The notes below the pieces were generated by a model, which had not been told where the DNA came from, did not search any database, and was given only the letters and a program-made list of their open reading frames with translations. Both the position numbers and the translations under genes were made by a program. Positions 15,367 through 25,577 of a stretch of DNA of 32,000 nucleotides are shown here, one piece after another (position 1 is the stretch's first letter; the number at the start of each line of letters is the position of its first letter). The stretch is from assembly GCA_934613415.1 (NCBI GenBank), contig CAKTSY010000004.1, positions 30,001 to 62,000 of the forward strand, in the 5' to 3' direction. The stretch is from an uncultured Opitutales bacterium (GTDB lineage Bacteria; Verrucomicrobiota; Verrucomicrobiia; Opitutales; Intestinicryptomonadaceae).

Positions 15367-18300
15367 TACAAGCTTATTGCCAAATATTTCTTTAAGATTT
15401 CTGCCGAAATGTTGCGCCTTTGACAAAAGTCTTTTATTTGTTCTTCGGAAATTTTGCCCAAATCGAAATACTTTGCCGTTTTGTCGGGCAGCCACAAAGC
15501 GCATATGCTAGAAGGCGGCGTCATTGCAAAGTTTTCGGTAAGCGAAATGCCCGCAAGCTCGGTTGCATTTAGCATTTCAAAAACTTCGGTCTTTTGAGTG
15601 TGGTCGGGACAAATTGGGTAGCCTATTGCGGGTCTTATGCCGAATTTTTGCCCTTTGCACAAAATTTCGGTATGGAAATATTCTGCGCAAGCCTCGGCAA
15701 TTCGATCGCTAAGCGTATGCCAAAGCATATATTCATATTCGTTGCCCGACTCTTTTATTTTTTGCGCAGCCAACCAAAGCTCGTTGCCAGCCGTAAGCGC
15801 AAAAAGCCCCACTTTTTTGCCTGCAAAATCTGCCAAGCACAAATTGTGGCTTTCCTGATTTCTAAAAAAGCACAATTTTGCCATTTTGCCCGATTTGCTT
15901 TCTAAAACGATGTCGTCGGTGCCGGATTTTTCGGCGGCGTAAACGCCTGCAACAATTTTGGGCTTTGCAATTTTAGCCATTTTTGCAAGCACATTTTGCG
16001 CGTCTTCATAAAGCTTTTTAGCCTCGTCGTTTTCAGTGCAGTTTGCGCAGGTGATGCCCTTAAAGTGCCACACGGCAAAGAAAGGCTCGTAGCGCAAATA
16101 TTTTAAAACCTTGTTAAAGTCTACTTCAAACAACTTTGCGTCGAAAGCGTCAATTTCTGGCTCTAGCACTTCGTGTTTTGGCGCGTCTAGGCGCGATTGA
16201 GCCAAGCTTTTTAGCGGCTGGGCTTTTTTTGCCAAAAAGTTTTCTCTTAAAACGCGTTGCGACTCTTTAAGTTTTGCTATAAATTCGGCCGAATTTTTGC
16301 CGGTTAAATCGGCGGCTGCAACCGACATTGTAGAGGCGTCTTCTACGCGCATTACCGCCCCCGAATATAGCGGAGCAAGCTTTACTGCCGTATGCAGCTC
16401 GCTGGTAGAAGCCCCGCCAACAACAATGGGAACTGTCATACCGTTTCGCTCGAAAAGCCTTATTGTGTTTTCCATTTCGGACAAAGACGGCGTAATAAGG
16501 CCGCTCATACCGACTAAATCGGCGTTAAAATCTTTGGCTTGGTCCAAAATCGTCTGGGCGTCGACCATAACGCCAAGGTCGCGTACGGCGTAGCTGTTGC
16601 AGCCCATAACAAGGGCAACAATGTTTTTGCCTATGTCGTGAACATCGCCCTTAACGGTGGCTATTAAAAATTTGCCGTTGCCGCCGTTTTCGGACTTGTT
16701 CGACATATATTTTTCGAGAGTTTCTACCGCAGTTTTCATTACGCGCGCGCTCTTTACAACCTGCGGCAAGAACATTTTGCCCTCGCCAAAACGCTTGCCT
16801 ACAATCTTCATTGCCCCCATAAGCGGGCCTTCGATAACCGCCAACGGGTCTTTAAGCTGCGAATAATATTCTTCAGCGTATTCGGCAATTTTTGAATCGT
16901 CGCCGTCTATAAAGCAGTGCTGCAGTTTTTCCTCTAAAGTAAGGGGCTTTGTTGTAGCAGCTTCCGCCTTTTTTTCGGAGTGGAAATCGGCAGCTTTTGC
17001 CATAACCCTTTCGGTTGCGTCTGCACGCTTGTTGAAAATTAAGTCTTCAAGCAGCTCCCTTAATTCGGGTTTTATAGAGTCGTATGGGGGCAAAACGCCA
17101 GCGTTTACAATGCCCATATCAAGCCCCGCTTTTATTGCGTGAAACAAAAATACACTGTGCATAGCCTCGCGCAGCGGGTTGTTGCCCCTAAATGCAAAGC
17201 TTAGGTTGCTAACGCCTGCGCTTGTTCTGCAATGCGGGCAAAGTTGTTTTACCTCTCTTACCGCCTCTATAAAATTTTTGCCGTAGTTGTTGTGCTCGGC
17301 AATGCCCGTTCCTATTGTAAGAACGTTTACATCGAAAATTATGTCGCAGGGGTTAAAGCCAATTTTGTCTACCAAAAGCGAATACGCGCGGCGGCAAATT
17401 CTAACTTTGTCTTCTTTGGTTGCCGCCTGCCCGTTTTCGTCGAAGGCCATTACAACAAGGGCAGCCCCAAATTTTTTTACCTCTTTTGCCTTTTTAAGGA
17501 AAGTCTCCTCGCCCTCTTTAAGGCTAAGCGAATTTACAATGGGCTTGCCCTGAACGTTTTTTAGCCCTTCTTTTAATGCCGCCCAGTTAGACGAGTCTAT
17601 CATAAAGGGCACTTTGGAAATTTCGGGCTCGCTTTCAAGCAAACGCAAAAAGTGGCGCATACATTCAACGGCGTCGAGCATGGCCTCGTCGAAATTTATG
17701 TCGATTATGTTTGCACCGTTTTCTATTTGTTTGCGCGAAATTGCAACTGCGTCGTTATAACGCCCCTCTTTTATGGCCTTTCTGAAAATGCCCGAACCCA
17801 TAACGTTGTTGCGTTCGCCAACCAAAATAAAGGGGGCGTTGTTTTCGGGTATTACAAGCTCTTGCAGCCCGCTTACTTTAAGCGAAAAATCTCCCTTTTG
17901 CGGAATACGCGGCGCGCAATCTTTTGTGTATTCTATTATTTTTGCAATGTGCTCGGGCGTTGTTCCGCAACAGCCACCTATAACGTTTAAAAGGCCTTCT
18001 TTAGCGTATTCGGCAACATAGGCTGCAGTCATTTCGGGCGTTTGGTCGTAGCCCGATTCCGAAAGAGGATTTGGCAACCCCGCATTGGGGTAGCAGTGCG
18101 TGTAGCACTTTGCTATTCGGTTGAACGTTTCTATGTAGGGCCTCATTTTATCAGCTCCAAGCGAGCAGTTAAGCCCCACAAACAAGGGGTTGCAATGCTC
18201 TATTGAATTGTAGAACGCCTCTATTGTCTGCCCGCTTAAAATTCTGCCCGACGCGTCTGAAACCGTCATACTAACGGCAATGGGTATGCGCTCGGATTCG

Positions 18301-18929
18301 TTTTCAAACAGGTCTAAATAGGCGTAAACAGCCGCCTTTGCGTTTAACCCGTCGAAAGTGGTTTCAAGCAAAAACAAGTCGGCCTTAGCCTCCTTTAAAG
18401 CCGTCATTTGCTCTTTGTAGGCAGCCATAAGCTCGTCGAACGAAACGCTTCGCTTTGATGGATCTGCCATATCGGGCGAAATAGATGCCGATTTGTTCAT
18501 TGGCCCAATAGAAGCCGCCACAAATTTTGGAGAATTTTCGGTAGCGTATTTTTTTGCCGCCTCTTTTGCCAAGCGCACGCCCTCTATATTCATTTCGCGC
18601 ACTAGGCTTTGGGTTTTGTATTCCGCCTGAACTACCGAATTTGCACCGAATGTGCACGTTGTAACAATGTCTGACCCGGCCTTGTAGTACGACTCGAATA
18701 TGTCGCTTAAAACATCGGGACGCGTAAGGTTAAGCAAGTCGGCATTGCCCTTAAGCTCTATTTGCGAGTTTTGCAGAATATCGAACTTTGCGCTGCGATA
18801 ATCGCTTTCGCCAAGCTTGCGCTTTTGTATTAAAGTGCCCATTGCGCCGTCGAGGTAAACAATGCGCTTTTTTAAAAGCGACTCGAGTAGCATGCCGCGC
18901 TTTGTTAAATTACAAATTGTCTTTGCCAT
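15366..18929 (-). CDS. metH: Cobalamin-dependent methionine synthase
   Basis: 1187 aa with all four modules. Hcy-binding module: YLDGAMGT, GGCCGTTPEH. Pterin-binding module. B12-binding module with GDVHDIGKNIV. AdoMet reactivation domain with RPAIGYPICPDH. The start could instead be MLLESLL at 18893. Confidence 0.95.
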   Translation of the reverse strand: MAKTICNLTKRGMLLESLLKKRIVYLDGAMGTLIQKRKLGESDYRSAKFDILQNSQIELKGNADLLNLTRPDVLSDIFESYYKAGSDIVTTCTFGANSVVQAEYKTQSLVREMNIEGVRLAKEAAKKYATENSPKFVAASIGPMNKSASISPDMADPSKRSVSFDELMAAYKEQMTALKEAKADLFLLETTFDGLNAKAAVYAYLDLFENESERIPIAVSMTVSDASGRILSGQTIEAFYNSIEHCNPLFVGLNCSLGADKMRPYIETFNRIAKCYTHCYPNAGLPNPLSESGYDQTPEMTAAYVAEYAKEGLLNVIGGCCGTTPEHIAKIIEYTKDCAPRIPQKGDFSLKVSGLQELVIPENNAPFILVGERNNVMGSGIFRKAIKEGRYNDAVAISRKQIENGANIIDINFDEAMLDAVECMRHFLRLLESEPEISKVPFMIDSSNWAALKEGLKNVQGKPIVNSLSLKEGEETFLKKAKEVKKFGAALVVMAFDENGQAATKEDKVRICRRAYSLLVDKIGFNPCDIIFDVNVLTIGTGIAEHNNYGKNFIEAVREVKQLCPHCRTSAGVSNLSFAFRGNNPLREAMHSVFLFHAIKAGLDMGIVNAGVLPPYDSIKPELRELLEDLIFNKRADATERVMAKAADFHSEKKAEAATTKPLTLEEKLQHCFIDGDDSKIAEYAEEYYSQLKDPLAVIEGPLMGAMKIVGKRFGEGKMFLPQVVKSARVMKTAVETLEKYMSNKSENGGNGKFLIATVKGDVHDIGKNIVALVMGCNSYAVRDLGVMVDAQTILDQAKDFNADLVGMSGLITPSLSEMENTIRLFERNGMTVPIVVGGASTSELHTAVKLAPLYSGAVMRVEDASTMSVAAADLTGKNSAEFIAKLKESQRVLRENFLAKKAQPLKSLAQSRLDAPKHEVLEPEIDAFDAKLFEVDFNKVLKYLRYEPFFAVWHFKGITCANCTENDEAKKLYEDAQNVLAKMAKIAKPKIVAGVYAAEKSGTDDIVLESKSGKMAKLCFFRNQESHNLCLADFAGKKVGLFALTAGNELWLAAQKIKESGNEYEYMLWHTLSDRIAEACAEYFHTEILCKGQKFGIRPAIGYPICPDHTQKTEVFEMLNATELAGISLTENFAMTPPSSICALWLPDKTAKYFDLGKISEEQIKDFCQRRNISAEILKKYLAISL

Positions 18930-19869
18930 TTGGGTTCGACATTAAACTTATAAGTTTTTCGTTAAATTCCTTTGCACAGTCGTGCCCTACAAGGCGCAAA
19001 GCCTGCACCATTGCGGCAACTTCAACTAGCCTTGCCATATCTCGCCCAGGCCTTACAGGAATTTCTATGTGCGGAATTTTAACACCTAATAAGTCGAAAT
19101 AATGCATTGCAAGCCCCGTGCGTTCCTCCACCATGCCGGGTTTCCATTCCAAAAAGGTTACAACCATGCCAATAGAGCACTCGGTACGAACGCACCTAAT
19201 GCCGAAAAGTTTTGAAACGTCTATAATGCCTATGCCGCGACATTCCATATAGCCGCGGTTTATTTCGCTGCTTTTGCCGTATACAACACCGTTCGAAAGC
19301 TCGCAATAGGTTAAGTCGTCGGAAACAAGAGAATGCCCCCTTTCAATCAAAGCCAATGCGCATTCCGATTTGCCAATGCCGCTTGCGCCCCTAATTAAAA
19401 CGCCAATGCCCTTAACGTCCATCAAAGTTCCGTGTATAGACGTTTTTGGCGCAAAACGCCTGCCCATTAAAATTGCGCAGTGCGAAGTAAAGTCTTTCGA
19501 CTTCATACCCGTGCTAAAAAGCACAATGTTTTTGCGGTCGCAAATTGCCTTCATCGAAGGAATGGGCTCTATGCTGCGCGAAATGACGCAGCACGGAATT
19601 TCCTTTTCGCAAATTTTTGTGAATATTGCCGACTGCCTGTTTGCGGGCAGGTCGCGCATATAGCCAATTTCGCCCGCACCGAAAAGCTGTATGCGGTGCG
19701 AACCGAAGTTTTCGAAATAGCCTGTAATTGCAAGCGACGGCCTGTTTACAACGGGTTCTAATATAACCTTATCCAAGCCGCCCTCGCCCGCCAAAATTTC
19801 AAGCTTTAGCTCGTCGCGGTAGGTTTCAAAAAATTCCCTTACGGTAATTGTTTCATTAGACTTGTCCAT
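18910..19869 (-). CDS. hprK: HPr kinase/phosphorylase
   Basis: 319 aa. HGTLMDVKGIGVLIRGASGIGKSECALALIERGHSLVSDD (P-loop) and the signature region GIGIIDV...EIPVRPGR. Confidence 0.9.
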   Translation of the reverse strand: MDKSNETITVREFFETYRDELKLEILAGEGGLDKVILEPVVNRPSLAITGYFENFGSHRIQLFGAGEIGYMRDLPANRQSAIFTKICEKEIPCCVISRSIEPIPSMKAICDRKNIVLFSTGMKSKDFTSHCAILMGRRFAPKTSIHGTLMDVKGIGVLIRGASGIGKSECALALIERGHSLVSDDLTYCELSNGVVYGKSSEINRGYMECRGIGIIDVSKLFGIRCVRTECSIGMVVTFLEWKPGMVEERTGLAMHYFDLLGVKIPHIEIPVRPGRDMARLVEVAAMVQALRLVGHDCAKEFNEKLISLMSNPNGKDNL

Positions 19870-19875
19870 AATATA

Positions 19876-20610
19876 CTACATCGAAAAGTTTTCGCCCAAA
19901 TAGAATTTGCGGCTGGTTTCGTCGTTCACCAAAAAGTCGCTTGTGCCCTCGCGCAAAACTTTGCCTTCGTGAATAAGGTAGGCTCTGTCTACAATCGAAA
20001 GCGTTTCCCTTACATTGTGGTCTGTAATTAAAACGCCTATCCCGCGCGATTTTAGCGACAAAATAATGTCTTGAACCTCGGCTACGCTGATGGGGTCTAC
20101 ACCGCTAAAGGGCTCGTCCATAAGAATGAATTTCGGCTTTGCGGTAAGCGCCCTTGTAATTTCAAGTCTGCGGCGTTCGCCGCCCGAAAGTGTAAACGCC
20201 TTTTGCTTTGCCAGGTGCGTCAAATTAAGTTCGCCAAGCATTTTTTCGCAATATGGCTTAATTTCTTTTCGCGGCATATCCAAAGTTTCGGCAATGGCGG
20301 CAATGTTGTCGTATACACTGAGTTTGCGGAAAACCGAAGCCTCTTGCGGCAGGTAGGCAATGCCCATTCTTGCCCTTTTATACATGGGCACTTTTGTTAT
20401 GTCTTTGCCGTCTAAAAACACCTTGCCCGAAGTTGCCTCTACCAAGCCTACAATCATGTAAAAGCTTGTGGTTTTGCCCGCGCCGTTTGGGCCCAAAAGC
20501 CCCACAACTTCGCCCGCTTTAAGGTTTATATTTACGCCCTTTACAACCCTGCGCGCCCCGTATTCTTTTACAAGGTTTTCGGTTCTTATGCTTGAAATGC
20601 CGTCTTCCAT
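19876..20610 (-). CDS. lptB: LPS export ABC transporter ATP-binding protein
   Basis: 244 aa. GLLGPNGAGKTTSFYMIVGL, YLPQEASVFRKLSV, LSGGERRRLEITRAL, FILMDEPFSGVDP, ITDHNVRETL. Confidence 0.9.
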   Translation of the reverse strand: MEDGISSIRTENLVKEYGARRVVKGVNINLKAGEVVGLLGPNGAGKTTSFYMIVGLVEATSGKVFLDGKDITKVPMYKRARMGIAYLPQEASVFRKLSVYDNIAAIAETLDMPRKEIKPYCEKMLGELNLTHLAKQKAFTLSGGERRRLEITRALTAKPKFILMDEPFSGVDPISVAEVQDIILSLKSRGIGVLITDHNVRETLSIVDRAYLIHEGKVLREGTSDFLVNDETSRKFYLGENFSM

Positions 20611-20664
20611 AATTATTTGCGGCGTATTATTTCGGATTTGCCGAAATTTTGCAAATTTAAAATG

Positions 20665-22404
20665 CTAGGATATGCTCGGTCTGTGCGCAATAATTGTAGC
20701 CTGAGGCAGCTTGTGCCTGTTCCACTTGTTCCACGAAAGTTTTATTGCAAAATCTAGCGGAGTGTGCGTAGGTGGCATATCGTCGGCCGCTCTCCAGGCA
20801 ACGGCGTTTATCCAGCTTCCGTTTTCCAGCGGCATTTGAAATTTGTAGTTCATTGCCGAGCCGAAAACTTCGGGCTGCTTTTCGAGCACTACGTTCCTTA
20901 CCATAAACACCGGCTCGCGGTTGCCTTCGCCGAAGGGGTGCAGCATTTCAAGCTCGTTTAAAAGCTCCATGCCTATGTTCGACTTGTTAAGCTCCATCGC
21001 AATTTCTATTTCGGGCTCGAAAACGGTTTTGTCGCCGTTAATCATTTCGCCAATGCGCCCGTTTAAAGCTTTTCTAAAGTCGGAAATATCGTCGGGGCGA
21101 ACGGCAACGCCAACCGCCATTGGGTGGCCGCCCCAATTACCCAAAAATCGCTCGCACGAATTTAGGCATTCTACCAAATTTATGCCCGCAATGCTTCTGC
21201 CCGAGCCTTTGGCAAAGCCCTTGTCGTCTATCTCGCCAAAAACTATAACCGGGCGGTGGTATTCGCGGCTAAGCTTGCCTGCAATAATGCCGACTACGCC
21301 GGGGTGCCAATTTTTGTCGCTTACAATTATGCAGCTGTCGTTTTCGTAGTGAAATTCGCTTATCTGGCGGGTTGCGTCTTCAAAAACGCCGCGTTCTATT
21401 TCCTGACGCTCTTTGTTTATGTCGTTAAGCTCGCAGGCGGCTCTGTAGCAGGTGGTAAAGTCGTCTTCCAAAAGCATCTCTAGTGGCAGCGAAGCGTCTG
21501 CCAACCTGCCCGAGGCGTTTATTCTTGGGCCCAATTTAAATGAAATATCTATGGGGGTAATATCTTCGCCAAGCTCTATGCCGCTTGCCTGAATTAGGGC
21601 TCTTATTCCAGTTCTTTTCGAAGACTTTAGCCTTTTTATGCCGTATCTTGCCAAAATTCGGTTTTCGTCGGTAAGGGGAACTAAGTCGGCAACAGTACCC
21701 ATTGCAACCAAGTCTAGGTAGTCTTTTAAAATAAAAGTCCACGAGCGCAAGTCGCCCAAAATGCGCATTGCCTTAATAAGCCCGTGAGCTAGCTTAAACA
21801 CCAAACCGACCGTGCAAAGCTGTTTCCACGGCGCAGAATTTATGTCTAAAACGTGCGGGTTTAAAAATATGCAGTTTTGCGGGTTAAAATCTTTTGCCTG
21901 ATGGTGGTCTACCACAATCATATCTATACCCTTTTTGTGGATATAGTCTATGGCGTCGTCGGCGTTTGTACCGCAGTCTAAGGCAATAAGCAAGTCGGGC
22001 TTGCCCTCGGCCAACGCCCTTTCCAAAGCCGATTTGCTAAGCCCGTAGCCTTCGTCCATACGGCGCGGAACAAAGTACGAGGGGTTTATATCGAAATGCT
22101 TTAATACGCTTACCAACAACGCCGTGCTTGTTATGCCGTCTACGTCGTAGTCGCCAAAAACAAGAATTTTCTGCTTTTTGTTTATTCCCTCTATTATTCT
22201 GTTTACCGCCCTTTTTAGGTTTGTTACCCTAAAAGGGTCGTCTAAATCGGCAAGTTTTGGGCGCAAAAACATCTTGGCGCGAATGGGGTCTGTAAAGCCG
22301 CGCTGTATAAGCAAAGCCGCCATCATTTGGCTTACGCCCAAATATGCGCCCAAGTCGGCCGCCAACTTTGCATCGTACTCTATAAAATTCCATTTCATCG
22401 CCAA
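20665..22404 (-). CDS. recJ: Single-stranded-DNA-specific exonuclease RecJ
   Basis: 579 aa. DHH motifs FGDYDVDGITS, ALDCG, VVDHHQ. DHHA1 motif GGHPMAVG. Confidence 0.9.
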   Translation of the reverse strand: MAMKWNFIEYDAKLAADLGAYLGVSQMMAALLIQRGFTDPIRAKMFLRPKLADLDDPFRVTNLKRAVNRIIEGINKKQKILVFGDYDVDGITSTALLVSVLKHFDINPSYFVPRRMDEGYGLSKSALERALAEGKPDLLIALDCGTNADDAIDYIHKKGIDMIVVDHHQAKDFNPQNCIFLNPHVLDINSAPWKQLCTVGLVFKLAHGLIKAMRILGDLRSWTFILKDYLDLVAMGTVADLVPLTDENRILARYGIKRLKSSKRTGIRALIQASGIELGEDITPIDISFKLGPRINASGRLADASLPLEMLLEDDFTTCYRAACELNDINKERQEIERGVFEDATRQISEFHYENDSCIIVSDKNWHPGVVGIIAGKLSREYHRPVIVFGEIDDKGFAKGSGRSIAGINLVECLNSCERFLGNWGGHPMAVGVAVRPDDISDFRKALNGRIGEMINGDKTVFEPEIEIAMELNKSNIGMELLNELEMLHPFGEGNREPVFMVRNVVLEKQPEVFGSAMNYKFQMPLENGSWINAVAWRAADDMPPTHTPLDFAIKLSWNKWNRHKLPQATIIAHRPSIS

Positions 22405-22431
22405 AAACCGCTATTTATAATAAAGATTCGC

Positions 22432-22464
22432 AAAAAAAGGAGCGCATTAAATTTGTGCGCCCCT
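22432..22464 (-). terminator. Intrinsic terminator after secDF
   Basis: Minus strand: aggggcgca / tgcgctcct (9 bp including one G-U pair), 9-nt loop, then T7. Confidence 0.7.
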
Positions 22465-22476
22465 CTTTTAAAATAT

Positions 22477-25056
22477 TTAGCTTTCCCAAGAATATTTTGT
22501 AGCGGCGGGTTCTTTTGCCTCTACGCGCTTTCTGCTGCCACCGTGCCACCAATAGAATACGGGGGTTGCAATGAACAGCGAAGAGAAAGTACCCACTATA
22601 ATACCGATTATAAATACCAAAGAAAAGTCTCGTATAATTTCGGCACCAAAGAAGAACAACGCCAAAGCCGCCAATAGTGTCGAAACACTGGTAAGCATTG
22701 TTCTAGACAGCGTTCTGTTGGTCGCGTAGTGGATAATGTCTGCCAACGACATATCGGGCTTAAGCTGCAGCTCTTCGCGGATACGGTCGAACACAACAAT
22801 GGTATCGTTAATAGAATAGCCGACAATCATCAAAATTGCGGCAACCATTGGCGCGCTAAACTGACCCGTGCCAATTCCGAACACTTTGCCTATAAACACA
22901 TAAATGCCTATTGTTATAACCACATCGTGCAAGGTAGAAACCAACGCTCCTATGCCGTAGCCCCATTCAAAACGGAAAGCAACATAAAGCATAATGGCTA
23001 TCATAGACCAGAAGCACGCAATCAAGGCGTCTTTAACAATGCTGTCGCTTACGGCCGAACCTATGCTTTGTTTAGACATAAATTTTAAGCCAGCCTGCGG
23101 ATATTTCTTTTCCAATGCTGCCAAAACGGCGTCGCCCTTGTCGGCCTCGGTTTGCAAGCTTAAATATTCGCCGCCAGTTGCAATATCTTTTTGATAGGCA
23201 GCCTGAATTTCGCCCAAGTCGTGGTTTTCGCTTGAAATGCCCAAAATCGAATTTATGGGCAACTTTTCCTTATACTGTGCCGAGATAACTTCGCCGCCGG
23301 TAAAGTCTATGCCAACGCACTTGTCGCCCTGGTAGGCAATAAAGGCAATAGAGGCGATAAACACAATCAATGCTCCGCTGCAAGAAAGTTTTGCATAGTT
23401 TAGGAACTTGAACTTTGTGTCTTCCTTCATAATCGAGAACTTAAAGCCGTTCTTGAATACGCCCGTGCGAACCAATATTTCCAGCAAGGCTCTGCAAAGA
23501 ATTAAAGCGCAGAACATTGTTGTTAGAATACCAACCGCCAATGTTACGCCGAAGCCCTTTACCGGACCCGAACCGAAATACCACAAAATCAACGCAGTAA
23601 TAAGGGTTGTTAAGTTTGCGTCTATAATGGTCGAAAATGCCATAGAATAGCCGCTTTCCAACGCGCTAAGCAGGTTTTTGCCAAGCTTTAATTCTTCGCG
23701 CATACGCTCGAATATAAGAATGTTTGCGTCTATCGCCATACCCGCCGTCAACGCCAAAGCCGCAATGCCAGGGAGTGTCATTGTAGAGCCGAAGCTTGCC
23801 AATACACCCACAACCAAGAACAAGTTTACAAAAATTGTAACAATTGCAACCGCGCCAAAGTTTAGGTAGCAGGCCAACATAAACACAACAACCGTTACGC
23901 ACGCCATAAGGGCTGCAAACAAAGATGCGTCTTTTGCGTCTTCAGCCAAAGAAGGCCCTACTTCGTTAAGCGAAGTTCTCTTTAAGCCTACCGAAAGGGG
24001 ATTGTTTAAGGCATTTGCCAATTCAACGGCTTCGCGCTGGGTAAAGTTGCCAGTAATTTGACCCGACTTTTCCAAAACGCCCTGAATGTTGGGGGCACTC
24101 ATAAGTTTGCCGTCCAAAACAATTGCCATAGGCTGCTTTATGCCGGTTTTTTTGTCTTCCTCCAAGATGGTCGAAGTAATTTTTTGTATAACCTTCGAGC
24201 CCTCGTCGGTGAAGTCCATTGTAACTAAAAATTGGTTTACGCCCTGAATTGCAACGCCAGCCTTTTTGATGATTTCGCCCGTAGCTTCGGGACGTTTTTT
24301 TACATAGTAGGGAACTTCTACAACCGTGTTGCCCCTTTCGTTTTCGGCAAGCATAAGCTCGTAGCCAACGGGAATTTCGCTTTTGGGCGGTTTTGCGCTA
24401 GAAGGCCTTATTGTTCTGTGCACAAGCCTAAATTCAAGCTTGGCGGGCCTAGACAATTCTTCGATAGCCTCGGGATTGTCTTTTAGCGAAACGCCGGGCA
24501 TTTGAACTTCAATAGAATTGCCGCCAACAGCACGGATTGTAGGCTCGGTTACACCCAAGCCGTTAACACGGTTGTTTATAACGGTAATAACGTCTTCAAT
24601 CTGGTTTGCCTTTGCAGCCTGCTCGCCCGACAATTCGTTTTCGTCTATCTGCAAGGTAAACGAAACGCCGCCTTGAAGGTCTAAGCCCTGCTTTAGCGCG
24701 CTTTTGCTGCGCTTGTAAAGCTCTTTTAGCAAAACCGTGTTTCTCTTTTTAAGTATTTTAATGTCCCTAACGTTTATGTTGGGGAAATACTTTGCCAAGT
24801 CCACTTCGTTTTTGTTGGAATATTCCCTTAACGCAATGTACAAGGTGGGATATTTGTCTTTTTGAGTCTTGTAGTTGACGGGGTCAACACAAGCTTGCGC
24901 CTTTTCTATTACCTGCGCAAACTCCGCCTTGTCGCTGGTGGCAGCTCCCCTTATATATTCGTCGAAAGGAGTGTCTTTAAGCGGAATCATTGCAAATGCC
25001 GCCCATACGACAACTGCAACGGTTATAATAAGTTTCCAAGCTATGCTTCGATTCAT
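22477..25056 (-). CDS. secDF: Protein translocase subunit SecDF (fused SecD-SecF)
   Basis: 859 aa. SecD periplasmic P1 region (LDLQGGVSF, NRVNGLGVTEP). Two 6-TM bundles with DANILIFERMREE and NDTIVVFDRIREE. Confidence 0.9.
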   Translation of the reverse strand: MNRSIAWKLIITVAVVVWAAFAMIPLKDTPFDEYIRGAATSDKAEFAQVIEKAQACVDPVNYKTQKDKYPTLYIALREYSNKNEVDLAKYFPNINVRDIKILKKRNTVLLKELYKRSKSALKQGLDLQGGVSFTLQIDENELSGEQAAKANQIEDVITVINNRVNGLGVTEPTIRAVGGNSIEVQMPGVSLKDNPEAIEELSRPAKLEFRLVHRTIRPSSAKPPKSEIPVGYELMLAENERGNTVVEVPYYVKKRPEATGEIIKKAGVAIQGVNQFLVTMDFTDEGSKVIQKITSTILEEDKKTGIKQPMAIVLDGKLMSAPNIQGVLEKSGQITGNFTQREAVELANALNNPLSVGLKRTSLNEVGPSLAEDAKDASLFAALMACVTVVVFMLACYLNFGAVAIVTIFVNLFLVVGVLASFGSTMTLPGIAALALTAGMAIDANILIFERMREELKLGKNLLSALESGYSMAFSTIIDANLTTLITALILWYFGSGPVKGFGVTLAVGILTTMFCALILCRALLEILVRTGVFKNGFKFSIMKEDTKFKFLNYAKLSCSGALIVFIASIAFIAYQGDKCVGIDFTGGEVISAQYKEKLPINSILGISSENHDLGEIQAAYQKDIATGGEYLSLQTEADKGDAVLAALEKKYPQAGLKFMSKQSIGSAVSDSIVKDALIACFWSMIAIMLYVAFRFEWGYGIGALVSTLHDVVITIGIYVFIGKVFGIGTGQFSAPMVAAILMIVGYSINDTIVVFDRIREELQLKPDMSLADIIHYATNRTLSRTMLTSVSTLLAALALFFFGAEIIRDFSLVFIIGIIVGTFSSLFIATPVFYWWHGGSRKRVEAKEPAATKYSWES

Positions 25057-25077
25057 AATTGTGATATAATTAAAGAA

Positions 25078-25428
25078 CTATTTTTTAGACGACTGCGCCG
25101 CTTGTGCCTGAGTAAGGTTTTCGTTTACGGCGGCAATAAGAATTTCTATTTTTGTGTTGTCGGCAATTTTTAAAGTGTAGGTTTTTTCGCTTTTATTTGT
25201 TATTGTGCCGTATATGCCGCCAATGGTAACAACTTCATCGCCAACTTTGGTTTCGGCAAGCATTTTGCGGCGCTGCTTTTCCCTTTTACGCTGTGGGGCA
25301 ATAAGCAAAAACCACATACCCGCAAACAGCAAAATTAAAAACAGCCATTGCGAAGAAGAGCCCGCGCCCTGTGTTTGTGCGGCAGAACCCGATTGCGCCG
25401 CCTGTGCGAAAAGGTAAAAATATTGCAT
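25078..25428 (-). CDS. yajC: Preprotein translocase subunit YajC
   Basis: I start at MQYFYLF (reverse complement of 25426-25428). Motif: LFAGMWFLLIAPQRKREKQRRKMLAETKVGDEVVTIGGIYGTI. It ends 21 nt before secDF. Confidence 0.85.
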   Translation of the reverse strand: MQYFYLFAQAAQSGSAAQTQGAGSSSQWLFLILLFAGMWFLLIAPQRKREKQRRKMLAETKVGDEVVTIGGIYGTITNKSEKTYTLKIADNTKIEILIAAVNENLTQAQAAQSSKK

Positions 25429-25577
25429 AATTATGTCCTTGTTATAGAAAATTAAAACCCTTAATAAAACCCGATTTACGGCGTTGAGCAAGCATTTTTT
25501 GCCGTATGGTAGAAAAATAAAACCCAAAAAGCCCAAAAAAACGCGGTCTTTTTGAGTTTTTTATGCAAAATTATTTT

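Noticed and set aside
14071-15504. Long N-terminal extension of the rodA ORF (track start at 15504)
   Set aside because: The first 46 codons lie inside the metH coding region and are Arg/Lys-rich junk. The Met at 15366 gives a normal SEDS N-terminus and a TAATG junction with metH.
18893-18960. Looked for a cobalamin or SAM riboswitch ahead of metH
   Set aside because: The metH start overlaps or abuts the hprK 3' end, so there is no leader space for a riboswitch.
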